This document shows, piece after piece, positions 9,401-18,470 of a stretch of DNA of 64,000 nt (position 1 is its first letter; each line of letters starts with the position of its first letter). The position numbers and the translations under genes are program-made. The stretch is from contig CAWDMI010000002.1 of assembly GCA_963803415.1 (NCBI GenBank), forward strand, positions 1,536,369 to 1,600,368, in the 5' to 3' direction. The DNA is from an uncultured delta proteobacterium (lineage in GTDB: Bacteria > Desulfobacterota > Binatia > UBA9968). A model generated the notes under the pieces. That model was not told the origin of the DNA, ran no database searches, and worked only from the letters and a program-made list of their open reading frames with translations.

Positions 9401-9976
9401 ATGAGGGTCTTAGTCATAGATGATCATCCGCCGTCCAAATCTTCTGTGACCCGAGCTCTCAATGAGGAAGGATGCGACGTTGTTGGCGAAGGAACCGATG
9501 GGAAGACCGCCGTTGAATTGGTCAAGATCGTATCGCCGGATGTTGTGCTAATGGCGGTGGGTCTTCCCGACATGGATGGAATAAGCGTCGCCCGAAGGAT
9601 TATGGCCGAAAGGCCGTTGCCGATCCTTTTGCTGACAAGCCGTTACGATCGGGCAACTGTCGAAGAAGCGAAGAAAGCCGGTGTTATGGCGTGCCTCACG
9701 AAGCCGCTTAGAAAGGAAGAGCTTGTGCCCAATATCGAACTGGCAACGTCACGATTTGCCGAAATCATGTCTCTTCGGAAAGAGAATGCAAATCTAAAAA
9801 AAACCTTGGAGTCGCGCAAGGCTATTGAACGCGCAAAAGGGATCCTCATGAAAAACGGGCAACTTTCGGAAGGTGAAGCGTTTTCATTGATGCAGCGAAA
9901 GAGCATGAACACACACAAACCCATGGTGGAAATTGCGCAGGCGATCATTTTGACAGAGGAGATGGTAAAAAAGTAG
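9401..9976 (+). CDS. ANTAR-domain RNA-binding antiterminator with an atypical (non-phosphorylatable) receiver domain (AmiR/NasT-like)
   Basis: The N-terminal CheY-like fold has the acidic pair (VIDDH) and T/K positions. The phospho-acceptor position reads LMAVGLPDMDG, so Ala replaces the conserved Asp. The C-terminal ANTAR helix is present (LESRKAIERAKGILMKNGQLSEGEAFSLMQRKSMNTHKPMVEIAQAII). Confidence 0.85.
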   Translation: MRVLVIDDHPPSKSSVTRALNEEGCDVVGEGTDGKTAVELVKIVSPDVVLMAVGLPDMDGISVARRIMAERPLPILLLTSRYDRATVEEAKKAGVMACLTKPLRKEELVPNIELATSRFAEIMSLRKENANLKKTLESRKAIERAKGILMKNGQLSEGEAFSLMQRKSMNTHKPMVEIAQAIILTEEMVKK

Positions 9977-10245
9977 CCAGATTTTTCGCTCTGGGTGGGC
10001 GCTCCGGTTGAAAAAAAGACTAGGTCCGGTACAATGCGTTTTTGTTTTTCTCTTAGATACAAACTAGAGTAGTCGAAAAGAGAAATGTTTGGTGAACTAC
10101 GTTTCAATATCTTTTCGCGACGTTGGGAAGTGTTTTCGCCACGGCGGCCAAAAGACTGGAATTAATGTGGTTGGGTTCTCAGGTCGTAAACATTGCTTAA
10201 AGACGAGCAACTAATTTCGGTGATAATTTCAAGGAGGTTGACACG

Positions 10246-11520
10246 ATGAGCAAGGTATTGGTGAGTTGGTTGTGGGTTTTTAGTCTCTTGGTCTTTTCGC
10301 TCGGGCCGGTTTACGCGGCCGAGCCGGAACAGAAACCAGCGGAGCCGGAACAGAAAGCGCCCGAGCCTGCAGAAAAACCATTAGAGCCGGGTTGGCTCAG
10401 TTTAGACAGCAGTGTTGGGGCCGCGGACCAGTGGATCGCACTGCACAAGTCCTCTCTCGAAAGCGCTATCGGGCTCGGCATAAGCGGCTACCTGGACACC
10501 AGTTACCAATGGGGTTCAGACCATCCTAAAAGTCCGGCCCAGATGAGCGGTCGCTATTTCGACCAGGACTACAACAAGATCGACTGGAACGATTTTCATA
10601 TCGAAATCGACAAACCGGAAAAGGATTGGGGCGTTGGCTTCCATTTATCTGGTGACTTCGGCCTCACCGGAAAGCTGTTGAGGCAAGCGACATTGTGGGG
10701 CCCGACATTGGTCAAGGAACCTTCAGCCGAGTTGCGCGAGTCCTACATCACCACGACGATTCCCATCGGTGCGGGACTGCAATTCAAGGGCGGTCTGTTT
10801 GTCACGACCTTGGGAACCGAAATCCTTCTAGCGCCGGGAAATTACAACGACACAATATCGCGCTCGTTCGCCTTTAACTACGGTGTTCCGTTACGTCACC
10901 TGGGCACCCTTTTTACCTATCCAGTTCTCAAGACGCTCAGTGTGAGCGGCGGGCTCGTGACGGGATGGGATGACCCTTTCGATAACAACGGTTCACCGTC
11001 GTTTTTGGGTGGAGTCACCTTTACCCCAAGCGACGCGTTCAGCTTGGCAAGCAATATCGTCGTTGGACCCGAGCAGTTTCATAACACCAACAACCAACGT
11101 TTTACATGGAGCAATGTAGCCACGATCAAGCCCATGGATCCCCTCACGGTCTACTTCGAGTACACCTTTGGGACTGAGCACCAAGCACCGACGCCCACGG
11201 GTAATAAAAATTCACAGTGGTATGCCCTCGCCGCTGTCGGATCTTGGAGCTGGACGGACCGCTTCAGCACCGCGCTCCGAGCCGAACTCTTCTTGGACGA
11301 GGGAGCATCGAGGACGCAAGGCTTTGCAGCGACCAAACCTATAGCCAATGTTTCTTTGGGCGAAGTGACAATGGCGGGGACGTACAAGTTTACCAAAATG
11401 TTCCTCGGGCGAGTGGAATTCAGGCAAGACTGGGCCAACCGAAGCGTCTTCAAGAGGGGATCGAGCGCGGCGGTCCCCAACCAGACAACCTTGGAGTTGC
11501 AGCTACTCTATCAGTTCTAA
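10246..11520 (+). CDS. Secreted beta-barrel outer-membrane protein (putative porin), function unknown
   Basis: Signal peptide (LLVFSLGPVYAAEP), a Pro/Glu-rich linker, and a long region of alternating hydrophobic residues. It ends with the aromatic residue typical of OM beta-barrels (...LQLLYQF). Confidence 0.6.
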   Translation: MSKVLVSWLWVFSLLVFSLGPVYAAEPEQKPAEPEQKAPEPAEKPLEPGWLSLDSSVGAADQWIALHKSSLESAIGLGISGYLDTSYQWGSDHPKSPAQMSGRYFDQDYNKIDWNDFHIEIDKPEKDWGVGFHLSGDFGLTGKLLRQATLWGPTLVKEPSAELRESYITTTIPIGAGLQFKGGLFVTTLGTEILLAPGNYNDTISRSFAFNYGVPLRHLGTLFTYPVLKTLSVSGGLVTGWDDPFDNNGSPSFLGGVTFTPSDAFSLASNIVVGPEQFHNTNNQRFTWSNVATIKPMDPLTVYFEYTFGTEHQAPTPTGNKNSQWYALAAVGSWSWTDRFSTALRAELFLDEGASRTQGFAATKPIANVSLGEVTMAGTYKFTKMFLGRVEFRQDWANRSVFKRGSSAAVPNQTTLELQLLYQF

Positions 11521-11549
11521 CGCAAGGATCTACCAGGTTCGAGTAACAG

Positions 11550-11580
11550 AGGGGAGACTTTGTGTCTCCCCTTTTGTTTG
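11550..11580 (+). terminator. Rho-independent terminator after the OM protein gene
   Basis: GC hairpin aGGGGAGACtttgtGTCTCCCCt followed by TTTTGTTTG. Confidence 0.7.
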
Positions 11581-11620
11581 GCCCATGCGGTGTCGGCGAT
11601 TCCGGCGCTAGTTAGCAATC

Positions 11621-13060
11621 TCAGCGCAAGGATAAAAAAGCTCTGCGGCTCAACTCCAGAGCTGCGTTTGGCAAAATGCCGAAATAGAGGGTTGCCGCGA
11701 GCGTGACGGTTAGGGTCGCGTAAAGATAAGGAGAGTTGCGCATCGATTTTCCCTCAACTCCTCCCTGCTCCATATACATCATGACAATGACCCTGAGGTA
11801 GTAAACGAGGGAAAGGAGGCTGTTGAGGACGCCAATGATCGCCAAGTCTGTATAGCCCGACAAAACCGCTGCGCGGAACAAATAAAACTTGCCGGTAAAC
11901 CCTCCTAGAGGTGGAAAGCCCGCTAGAGATAACATGAATACCGACATCGCCATGGCCAAAAAAGGCCGCCGGAATCCGAGACCGGCAAAGTGGCGGTATT
12001 CTTCGTTGTCGTCGTCGTCGTTTTTTAAGGCCAGCACCACAGCGAAAGCCCCCAAGGTCATGGCTGCATAGGCCATGAGATAGAAAAGAAGGGCAGAGCC
12101 ACCAAATTCATCCCCTGCGACGACCGCAATCAGGAGATAACCGGCATGGGCGATACTGGAATAGGCCAGCATTCGCTTCACGCTCGTCTGTACGATCGCG
12201 AGCAGATTGCCCAACGTCATCGTCAGAATCGCCAGGATCCAGAAAACAATGCTCCATTCCTGACTCAGAGGCGCAAGCTGGTGCACGATGATCCGCCCCC
12301 AACCGGCAAAGGCGGCCGCCTTGACGGCAACAGCCATGAAAGCGGTAACCGAAGTTGGGGCGCCTTCATAAACATCGGGCGCCCAGAAATGAAAAGGCAC
12401 AGCGGCTACTTTAAAGGCAAGACCGATCACGATAAGAAAGGCTCCTGCCCTTAGAAGCAAATTTGACTCGTGGGCAGCCTGGATGAGATGAGTGCCGATA
12501 CGGGAGAGATTCGTGGAACCCGTGGCCCCATACATTAGTGCAATGCCGTATAAGAAAAAGCCTGTGGCAAATGCCCCGACCATGAAGTACTTCATCGCCG
12601 ACTCGCTCGATTGGGCTCTTTCACGCCATATGCCGGCGAGAACATAAACACCGATCGACATGGTTTCGAGGCCAAGAAAAAACAGAATCAGGTCGTTAGC
12701 CATCGCCATGAGAATCATGCCGAGCGTGGAAAAAAGGATCAGCGCGTAGTATTCACCGGCGGGGATCTTTGTTTCAGCCAAATAGCGCACGGAAAAAAGA
12801 ATGCAAAGTCCCGACACCGCTACGAACAAATTGGTGAAAAAAAGCCCGAAGTTGTCAAGAATAATGCTATCGTGGAAACCGGTCTCTTGACTCCCCCAAA
12901 GAAGCCACGCGATCGCCCCAACAATACTCAATCCGATCAAACTTATGGTAGCCAGCAGCCCTTTTTCATTCTCATTAAGAAAGAGGTCGAGGACCAGGAC
13001 GGTGAGTGCGGTGAGGGTGATCTCAGCCGCGGGAAGAAGAGGAGTTAAGTTGAGTTCCAT
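11621..13060 (-). CDS. nuoN: NADH-quinone oxidoreductase subunit N (operon 1)
   Basis: 479 aa polytopic antiporter-like subunit with the typical NuoN N-terminus. It is the last gene of a co-directional nuo cluster. Confidence 0.9.
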   Translation of the reverse strand: MELNLTPLLPAAEITLTALTVLVLDLFLNENEKGLLATISLIGLSIVGAIAWLLWGSQETGFHDSIILDNFGLFFTNLFVAVSGLCILFSVRYLAETKIPAGEYYALILFSTLGMILMAMANDLILFFLGLETMSIGVYVLAGIWRERAQSSESAMKYFMVGAFATGFFLYGIALMYGATGSTNLSRIGTHLIQAAHESNLLLRAGAFLIVIGLAFKVAAVPFHFWAPDVYEGAPTSVTAFMAVAVKAAAFAGWGRIIVHQLAPLSQEWSIVFWILAILTMTLGNLLAIVQTSVKRMLAYSSIAHAGYLLIAVVAGDEFGGSALLFYLMAYAAMTLGAFAVVLALKNDDDDNEEYRHFAGLGFRRPFLAMAMSVFMLSLAGFPPLGGFTGKFYLFRAAVLSGYTDLAIIGVLNSLLSLVYYLRVIVMMYMEQGGVEGKSMRNSPYLYATLTVTLAATLYFGILPNAALELSRRAFLSLR

Positions 13061-14609
13061 ACCTATTCTTAAGCGGGCTCTGGTTCTCTAATTTCAGTGG
13101 AGGAACCGAAAGCGTCACTTTTTTGTTTTCGATCCGCTGCAGAATCAGTTCGACTGCCGGCCTCATCCGGCGCAAAAAAGGATCAGGGTAGATGCCCATG
13201 ACGAAGATCAAAGCCAAGATGGGTGCGAGCGTGGCCAGTTCGCGGGCATTGAGGTCTCGAAGCTTTGCATTTTCCGGTCGATTTAAGGGACCAAAGACGA
13301 CGCGACGAAACATCCAGAGCATGTAGATAGGCGCCAAAATCATTCCGCCGGCCGCAGCTGCAGCCCAATAGGGAACAGTGGCGAATGCCCCTAAAAGGAT
13401 GAGAAACTCTCCGATAAAGCCGTTAAGACCGGGAAGCGCAACAGACGAGAAAGTGACGACCAGAAAACAGGACGAAAACAACGGTAGCGGTTTCCACAAG
13501 CCCCCGAAGTCAGCGATCATGCGCGTGTGGGTTCTTTCATAAATCATCCCGACAAGGAGAAACAGCGCCCCGGTCGAAAGACCGTGATTCAGCATCTGAT
13601 AGAGGGCGCCTTCGAGTCCGTTGGCATTCAGGACAAAGAGACCGAGGACGACCAATCCAAGATGGCTCACCGAGGAGTAAGCGACGAGTCTCTTCAAATC
13701 TGCCTGCATCATTGCCACCAGAGCGCCGTAAAGGATGCCGATGACGCCGAGCGCAATCAGCAGCGGTTGCAGGTTGAGGGCGACGTCAGGAAATAAGGGG
13801 ATCGCAAAGCGCAAAAAACCATAGGTTCCCATCTTTAACAGCACGCCGGCCAGAATCACTGAACCAGCAGTCGGTGCTTCGACGTGGGCTTCCGGGAGCC
13901 AGGTGTGCAGCGGAAAAATTGGTACTTTGATCGCGAAAGCGAGGGCAAAAGCGAGGAAAAGCCAGAACTGTTCTTCATAAGGCAGGTTGAGATCATAGAT
14001 CCGAAAAAGGTCGAAGGTCAGGTTTTGTGTGAGGTCCGCCTGGCGCACGGCAAGAAAGATAATCGCGATCAGCATCAGGAGACTGCCGCTCATGGTGTAA
14101 AGGACGAATTTGATTGCGGCGTAAACGCGCCGTGGCCCGCCCCAAACACCGATGATGAAGTACATCGGAATCAGCATCACCTCCCAGAAAACATAAAATA
14201 GAAAGAGATCGAGAGCGACAAAAGTACCGATCATTCCGGTTTCCAGGATGAGTATGAAGAACAGATACTCTTTGACCTTCTCGGTCACAGTCCGGGAGGC
14301 GAGAACGACAAGGGGGGTGAGAAACGTTGTGAGCAAGACCAGGAAGAGATTGATCCCGTCGACGCCGATGAAGTAGTCGATGCCGTATGCAGGAATCCAG
14401 GCAACGCGATCGATAAGCTGGGGCGCTGACTGCGTAGGATTAAAGAACCAGAGCATCCGTAGCGACCAGGCAAAGGTCAATGAGGTAAAAAACAGCGCCG
14501 TCTTGAAGAGCGCACCTGTTGCGTGGCGCGGCAATGCGATGAGACATAGTGCGCCGAGCGCGGGGAGAAAGACCAGAAGCGTAAGGGTTCCGGGAAACGT
14601 GCTTACCAT
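13023..14609 (-). CDS. nuoM: NADH-quinone oxidoreductase subunit M (operon 1)
   Basis: Antiporter-like subunit. The start is trimmed to the internal ATG (MVSTFPG...) that overlaps the nuoL stop. Confidence 0.9.
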   Translation of the reverse strand: MVSTFPGTLTLLVFLPALGALCLIALPRHATGALFKTALFFTSLTFAWSLRMLWFFNPTQSAPQLIDRVAWIPAYGIDYFIGVDGINLFLVLLTTFLTPLVVLASRTVTEKVKEYLFFILILETGMIGTFVALDLFLFYVFWEVMLIPMYFIIGVWGGPRRVYAAIKFVLYTMSGSLLMLIAIIFLAVRQADLTQNLTFDLFRIYDLNLPYEEQFWLFLAFALAFAIKVPIFPLHTWLPEAHVEAPTAGSVILAGVLLKMGTYGFLRFAIPLFPDVALNLQPLLIALGVIGILYGALVAMMQADLKRLVAYSSVSHLGLVVLGLFVLNANGLEGALYQMLNHGLSTGALFLLVGMIYERTHTRMIADFGGLWKPLPLFSSCFLVVTFSSVALPGLNGFIGEFLILLGAFATVPYWAAAAAGGMILAPIYMLWMFRRVVFGPLNRPENAKLRDLNARELATLAPILALIFVMGIYPDPFLRRMRPAVELILQRIENKKVTLSVPPLKLENQSPLKNRYGTQLNSSSSRG

Positions 14610-16531
14610 ATCTGACCGAATGCGTAATACCCAAGAATAATCAGCGTGCCTAGCAGGAAAACGAAGAGATAGTGCTGAACGTATCCTGACTGCAGCCGCC
14701 GCCAGCGAAAACCGATGCTCCAAATGAACCGCGCCACAGCGTTCACCGTGCCGTCAATGCCCCTCGGGTCAAAGGTATCCGCGAGCCACAAGGCATAACG
14801 TGTTAGAGGACGAACGAATGCAATCTCGTAGAATTCGTCAACATAGTATTTATTGAGTACCAAATTGTAGGTTATTCCCTCTGGAGTTAGCCCACTTGGG
14901 CGCCGATTCGGACGAGCATACATGGAATAGGCAAGCACGGCCCCCGAGACAGCGATTCCCAGTGTCAGGGTCAGAAGCAATAGCTCCGCGCTTAGGTTGC
15001 CGTGTGAGGCTTCGCCGTAATGGGCGAAGAACGATCCGAACCATAGATTCCACCAGTTACCTCCCATGAACTCGGGAACTCCCAACCAACCCGCGAGACT
15101 CGAGCCTAAAGCGAGCAGAATCAAGGGTAAGGTCATAACGATGGGTGATTCGTGAATCCCGCGGCGCGTGTCCTCCGTCGCCCGCGAGTGCCCGTGGAAA
15201 ACGAGGAAGAACTGGCGAAACATATAGAACGCGGTCAGGCCTGCGGTCAACCAGCCCACGAGCCAGAGCCAATACGAACCCTTGGCAAAAGCAAGCCACA
15301 AGATTTCGTCCTTGGAGAAGAAACCGGCGGTCAGCGGCGCGCCCGATATCGCGAGCGCGGCAATCAGGAAAGTCCAGTAAGTTACAGGAAAATGAGCTTT
15401 GAGCCCGCCCATCTTTCGCATGTCCTGTTCCCCGTGGAGACCGTGGATCACGCTGCCCGCAGACAGGAACAAGCACGCTTTGAAAAACGCGTGGGTAAAA
15501 AGATGAAAGATTGCCGCGGAGAAAGCGCCGATTCCAATAGCCAAAAACATGTAACCCAACTGGCTCACGGTGGAGTAGGCCAACACACGTTTGATGTCAT
15601 TTTGCACGAGAGCGATGGTTGCGGCGAAGATTGCCGTTGAGGCGCCAATCCAAGCAATGACTTCCAGAGTTGCGGGAGCCAGGGTGAAGAGAAAATGCAA
15701 GCGCGCGATCATGTAAACCCCAGCCGTGACCATAGTCGCGGCATGAATGAGCGCGCTCACGGGTGTCGGTCCTTGCATCGCATCGGGGAGCCAAACGAAA
15801 AGAGGGATTTGTGCCGACTTGCCTGTGGCGCCGGCAAAGAGGAGCAGCGTAATCAGAGTCACTTTCGCGGGCGCAAGCAGATGCGCATTGCGCTCAAGCA
15901 CGGCAAAATTGAGAGACGGGATTCCCTGATTGCTGATTTCCCAGAAAAGCAAAAGTATTCCCAGGATGAATCCAAAGTCGCCAATGCGATTGACGATGAA
16001 GGCTTTATTCCCGGCGATGGTGTTAGCAGGGTCGTGGTACCAAAAACCGATCAGAAGAAATGAGCACAATCCTACTCCTTCCCACCCGACAAAGAGAAGC
16101 AGGAGATTGTCTGCCACTACCAGTAGAGCCATAAAGAAGATGAAAAGGTTGAGGTAGGCGAAGTAGCGAACCATGCCTTCGTCGTGGCCCATATAGCCCA
16201 AAGAGTAAACGTGAATCAGAAATCCGATCCCGGTGATCACTAGAAGCATGATGGCACTGAGCCCGTCGACTTGCAGTGCGACGTCGACTTTGAAAAGGCC
16301 CGATTCGATCCAGGTGAAGAGATTGTCCTTTAACTCCCCGCCGCGCGGCAGGATGGAAAAGGCATAAAGGGAGAGAAGCAATGAAATGGCTACAGCCAGG
16401 CAGGCAAGAGCCCCTGCTGTTTTCCGACTCATGCGGTTGCCCAGAAGAACGTTAAGGATGGCGCCGAAAAGCGGTATCAAAGGAATCAACCGCAGCAGCG
16501 TCCAGTCGCTTGTTAAAGCGATAGGTTCCAT
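14603..16531 (-). CDS. nuoL: NADH-quinone oxidoreductase subunit L (operon 1)
   Basis: ~640 aa antiporter-like subunit with a long C-terminal extension. The start is trimmed to MEPIALTSD..., overlapping the nuoK stop. Confidence 0.9.
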   Translation of the reverse strand: MEPIALTSDWTLLRLIPLIPLFGAILNVLLGNRMSRKTAGALACLAVAISLLLSLYAFSILPRGGELKDNLFTWIESGLFKVDVALQVDGLSAIMLLVITGIGFLIHVYSLGYMGHDEGMVRYFAYLNLFIFFMALLVVADNLLLLFVGWEGVGLCSFLLIGFWYHDPANTIAGNKAFIVNRIGDFGFILGILLLFWEISNQGIPSLNFAVLERNAHLLAPAKVTLITLLLFAGATGKSAQIPLFVWLPDAMQGPTPVSALIHAATMVTAGVYMIARLHFLFTLAPATLEVIAWIGASTAIFAATIALVQNDIKRVLAYSTVSQLGYMFLAIGIGAFSAAIFHLFTHAFFKACLFLSAGSVIHGLHGEQDMRKMGGLKAHFPVTYWTFLIAALAISGAPLTAGFFSKDEILWLAFAKGSYWLWLVGWLTAGLTAFYMFRQFFLVFHGHSRATEDTRRGIHESPIVMTLPLILLALGSSLAGWLGVPEFMGGNWWNLWFGSFFAHYGEASHGNLSAELLLLTLTLGIAVSGAVLAYSMYARPNRRPSGLTPEGITYNLVLNKYYVDEFYEIAFVRPLTRYALWLADTFDPRGIDGTVNAVARFIWSIGFRWRRLQSGYVQHYLFVFLLGTLIILGYYAFGQIW

Positions 16532-16532
16532 A

Positions 16533-16838
16533 TTACCCCTTGAGAAGATGCATTTCCTCGGGATCCAGGGTTTGGCGGTGGCGGTATCCCGCGATGATAA
16601 TCGCCAGTCCAATCACCGCCTCGGCCGCGGCCACGGTCATGACGAAGACTACAATCACCTGGCCTTCCATGGAACCCAGCGCGCGTGCGAAGGCAATGAA
16701 CGTCAAGTTAATCGCGTTCAGCATGAGCTCAATGGACATCAAGACGATAATGAGATTGCGTCGAATGATGACTCCGACGACTCCAATTGAAAAAATCAGA
16801 GCGCTGAGCACGAGGTAGTAATGGAGCGGAGCCATCAT
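16533..16838 (-). CDS. nuoK: NADH-quinone oxidoreductase subunit K (operon 1)
   Basis: 101 aa, 3 TM helices (MMAPLHYYLVLSALIFSIGVVGV...). The ORF is trimmed from a longer track ORF. Confidence 0.85.
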   Translation of the reverse strand: MMAPLHYYLVLSALIFSIGVVGVIIRRNLIIVLMSIELMLNAINLTFIAFARALGSMEGQVIVVFVMTVAAAEAVIGLAIIIAGYRHRQTLDPEEMHLLKG

Positions 16839-17341
16839 TGCTTTATTCGCCGCGCTAGCGTCACTGCTCCGACGATGGCGAGCAGGAGGAGGACCGACGC
16901 AACTTCGAAAGATAATACGAAGTCGGTAAACAGGGTTTGGCCCAGTGCTTCCGGGCTGCCGAACTGACTTCCGATCTGGTTCGTGGGCAATGCTTGAATC
17001 GGGTACGGACCCGGCATCACGAAACGTATGAGTTCTAGAGCGAGGAGGCCGCTCGCAGCGGCGGTCAATCCCCATGCCAAGGCAGATCCTCGTTCCACAG
17101 TCCCGGGATTGAGAAGCATGAGAACAAAGAGAAACAGCACCATGATCGCGCCCGCGTATACCAGGATCTGCAGAGCGGCGACCATCGGCGCGTTCAAGGT
17201 AAGGAACAGAACAGCCATGATGAACAACGCCGCAACCAGAGCCAGAGCGCTATGAACCGGATTTTGCGCCAGAATTACAAGGAGAGAAAAGCCAACCAGG
17301 AAAGTTGCTAAAAGAAAAAAACCCATGACCTCGATGCTCAT
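16835..17341 (-). CDS. nuoJ: NADH-quinone oxidoreductase subunit J (operon 1)
   Basis: ~168 aa, 5 TM helices (MSIEVMGFFLLATFLVGF...). It directly follows nuoH with no nuoI between them. Confidence 0.85.
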   Translation of the reverse strand: MSIEVMGFFLLATFLVGFSLLVILAQNPVHSALALVAALFIMAVLFLTLNAPMVAALQILVYAGAIMVLFLFVLMLLNPGTVERGSALAWGLTAAASGLLALELIRFVMPGPYPIQALPTNQIGSQFGSPEALGQTLFTDFVLSFEVASVLLLLAIVGAVTLARRIKQ

Positions 17342-17369
17342 CTTATGCGACCTCTGTTTTCCGACGAAC

Positions 17370-18461
17370 TCAAGCAGCAAGAACGACGATGCAAATTGCC
17401 GTAAGGATGAGATTGGCAAGTGCGACGGGCAAGAGCATTTTCCACCCCAGCCGCATGACCTGATCATACCGGAATCGGGGTAAAGTCCAGCGGATCAGAA
17501 TAAACAACCAGCAGAAAAAAACAGTCTTCGTCAGGAAAGCGGCTATTTGGAGCCCAACGATGACCAGGTGCGGCACCGTGAGCTCGCCGCCCCAAGGAAA
17601 ATGGAAGCCATCGCGAAACAGGAACGGGACTTGCCAGCCGCCAAAAAACAGCGTTGTGATTAGACCGGCTGCCGTCACCATCTCGGCAAACTCTCCGGCA
17701 AAAAACATTAGAAATTTGCCTCCGGAGTACTCCGTGTGGAAGCCTGCAACGAGTTCCGATTCTCCTTCCGGGAGGTCAAAGGGTACCCGTTTCGACTCTG
17801 CGACGGCCGCGGTGAAGAAAAGGAAGAAAGCAACAGGCTGCAAGACGATGCCCCAAGCCGGGAGCCACCCCCAAAGCAGGTGGCCCTGCGCGCGCGCGAT
17901 CTCCTGGAGTTCAAGCGTTCCGTAAACCATCAGGATCCCCATCACGGAGAGCCCCATCGCGACTTCGTAGGAGATCATTTGAGCAGAGCCGCGGATTCCA
18001 CCCAGCAAAGAGAATTTGTTGTTGGAGGCCCAGGCACCGATCACAATGCCGTAGACCCCTAGAGACGCCATGGCAAAAACGTATAGGATGCCAATGTTGA
18101 TGTTGGCGAGTTGAAGGTTAATTTCCCTTGATCCAATGATCAGAACGTCGCCGAAGGGAATAACCGCAAAAGTGACCAGAGCAGGAAACAAAGCCAAACA
18201 CGGGGCAAGGGTATGCAGGATTTTGTCCCCATAGGGTGGAATGAAATCCTCTTTGGTGAGAAATTTAATTGGGTCGGCGAGTACGGTATTGACAAGTCCC
18301 AAACCGGCAAAACCCATCAGGGACGCGCGATTGGCACCGATCCGGTCTTGAATCAGAGCGCTGCCCTTTCTTTCCACCCAGCCCATGACTCCTGCCAGAT
18401 TTAACACCAGGAACAGAACGATGAAGCTCTTAATCCCAATGATGCTGAGTTCGAAGAACAT
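17370..18461 (-). CDS. nuoH: NADH-quinone oxidoreductase subunit H (operon 1)
   Basis: 363 aa with NuoH/ND1 signatures (PFDLPEGESELVAGFHTEYSG). Confidence 0.9.
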   Translation of the reverse strand: MFFELSIIGIKSFIVLFLVLNLAGVMGWVERKGSALIQDRIGANRASLMGFAGLGLVNTVLADPIKFLTKEDFIPPYGDKILHTLAPCLALFPALVTFAVIPFGDVLIIGSREINLQLANINIGILYVFAMASLGVYGIVIGAWASNNKFSLLGGIRGSAQMISYEVAMGLSVMGILMVYGTLELQEIARAQGHLLWGWLPAWGIVLQPVAFFLFFTAAVAESKRVPFDLPEGESELVAGFHTEYSGGKFLMFFAGEFAEMVTAAGLITTLFFGGWQVPFLFRDGFHFPWGGELTVPHLVIVGLQIAAFLTKTVFFCWLFILIRWTLPRFRYDQVMRLGWKMLLPVALANLILTAICIVVLAA

Positions 18462-18470
18462 CGTGCGCTT

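Noticed and set aside
9977-10060. Possible intrinsic terminator / ANTAR hairpin (CCGG…CCGG followed by GCGTTTTTGTTTTTCTC) after the ANTAR regulator gene
   Set aside because: A T-rich tract is present, but I could not find a convincing GC-rich stem immediately 5' of it by eye. It is left as something to fold computationally rather than reported as a feature.
11889-16157. Numerous 60-160-aa ORFs inside or antisense to nuoL/M/N and other long genes (for example 12146..12454, 15152..15640, 15695..16063, 32409..32837)
   Set aside because: They lie entirely within strongly supported Nuo subunit genes on the opposite strand or in an alternative frame. Their Arg/Gly/His-rich composition is typical of high-GC shadow ORFs.
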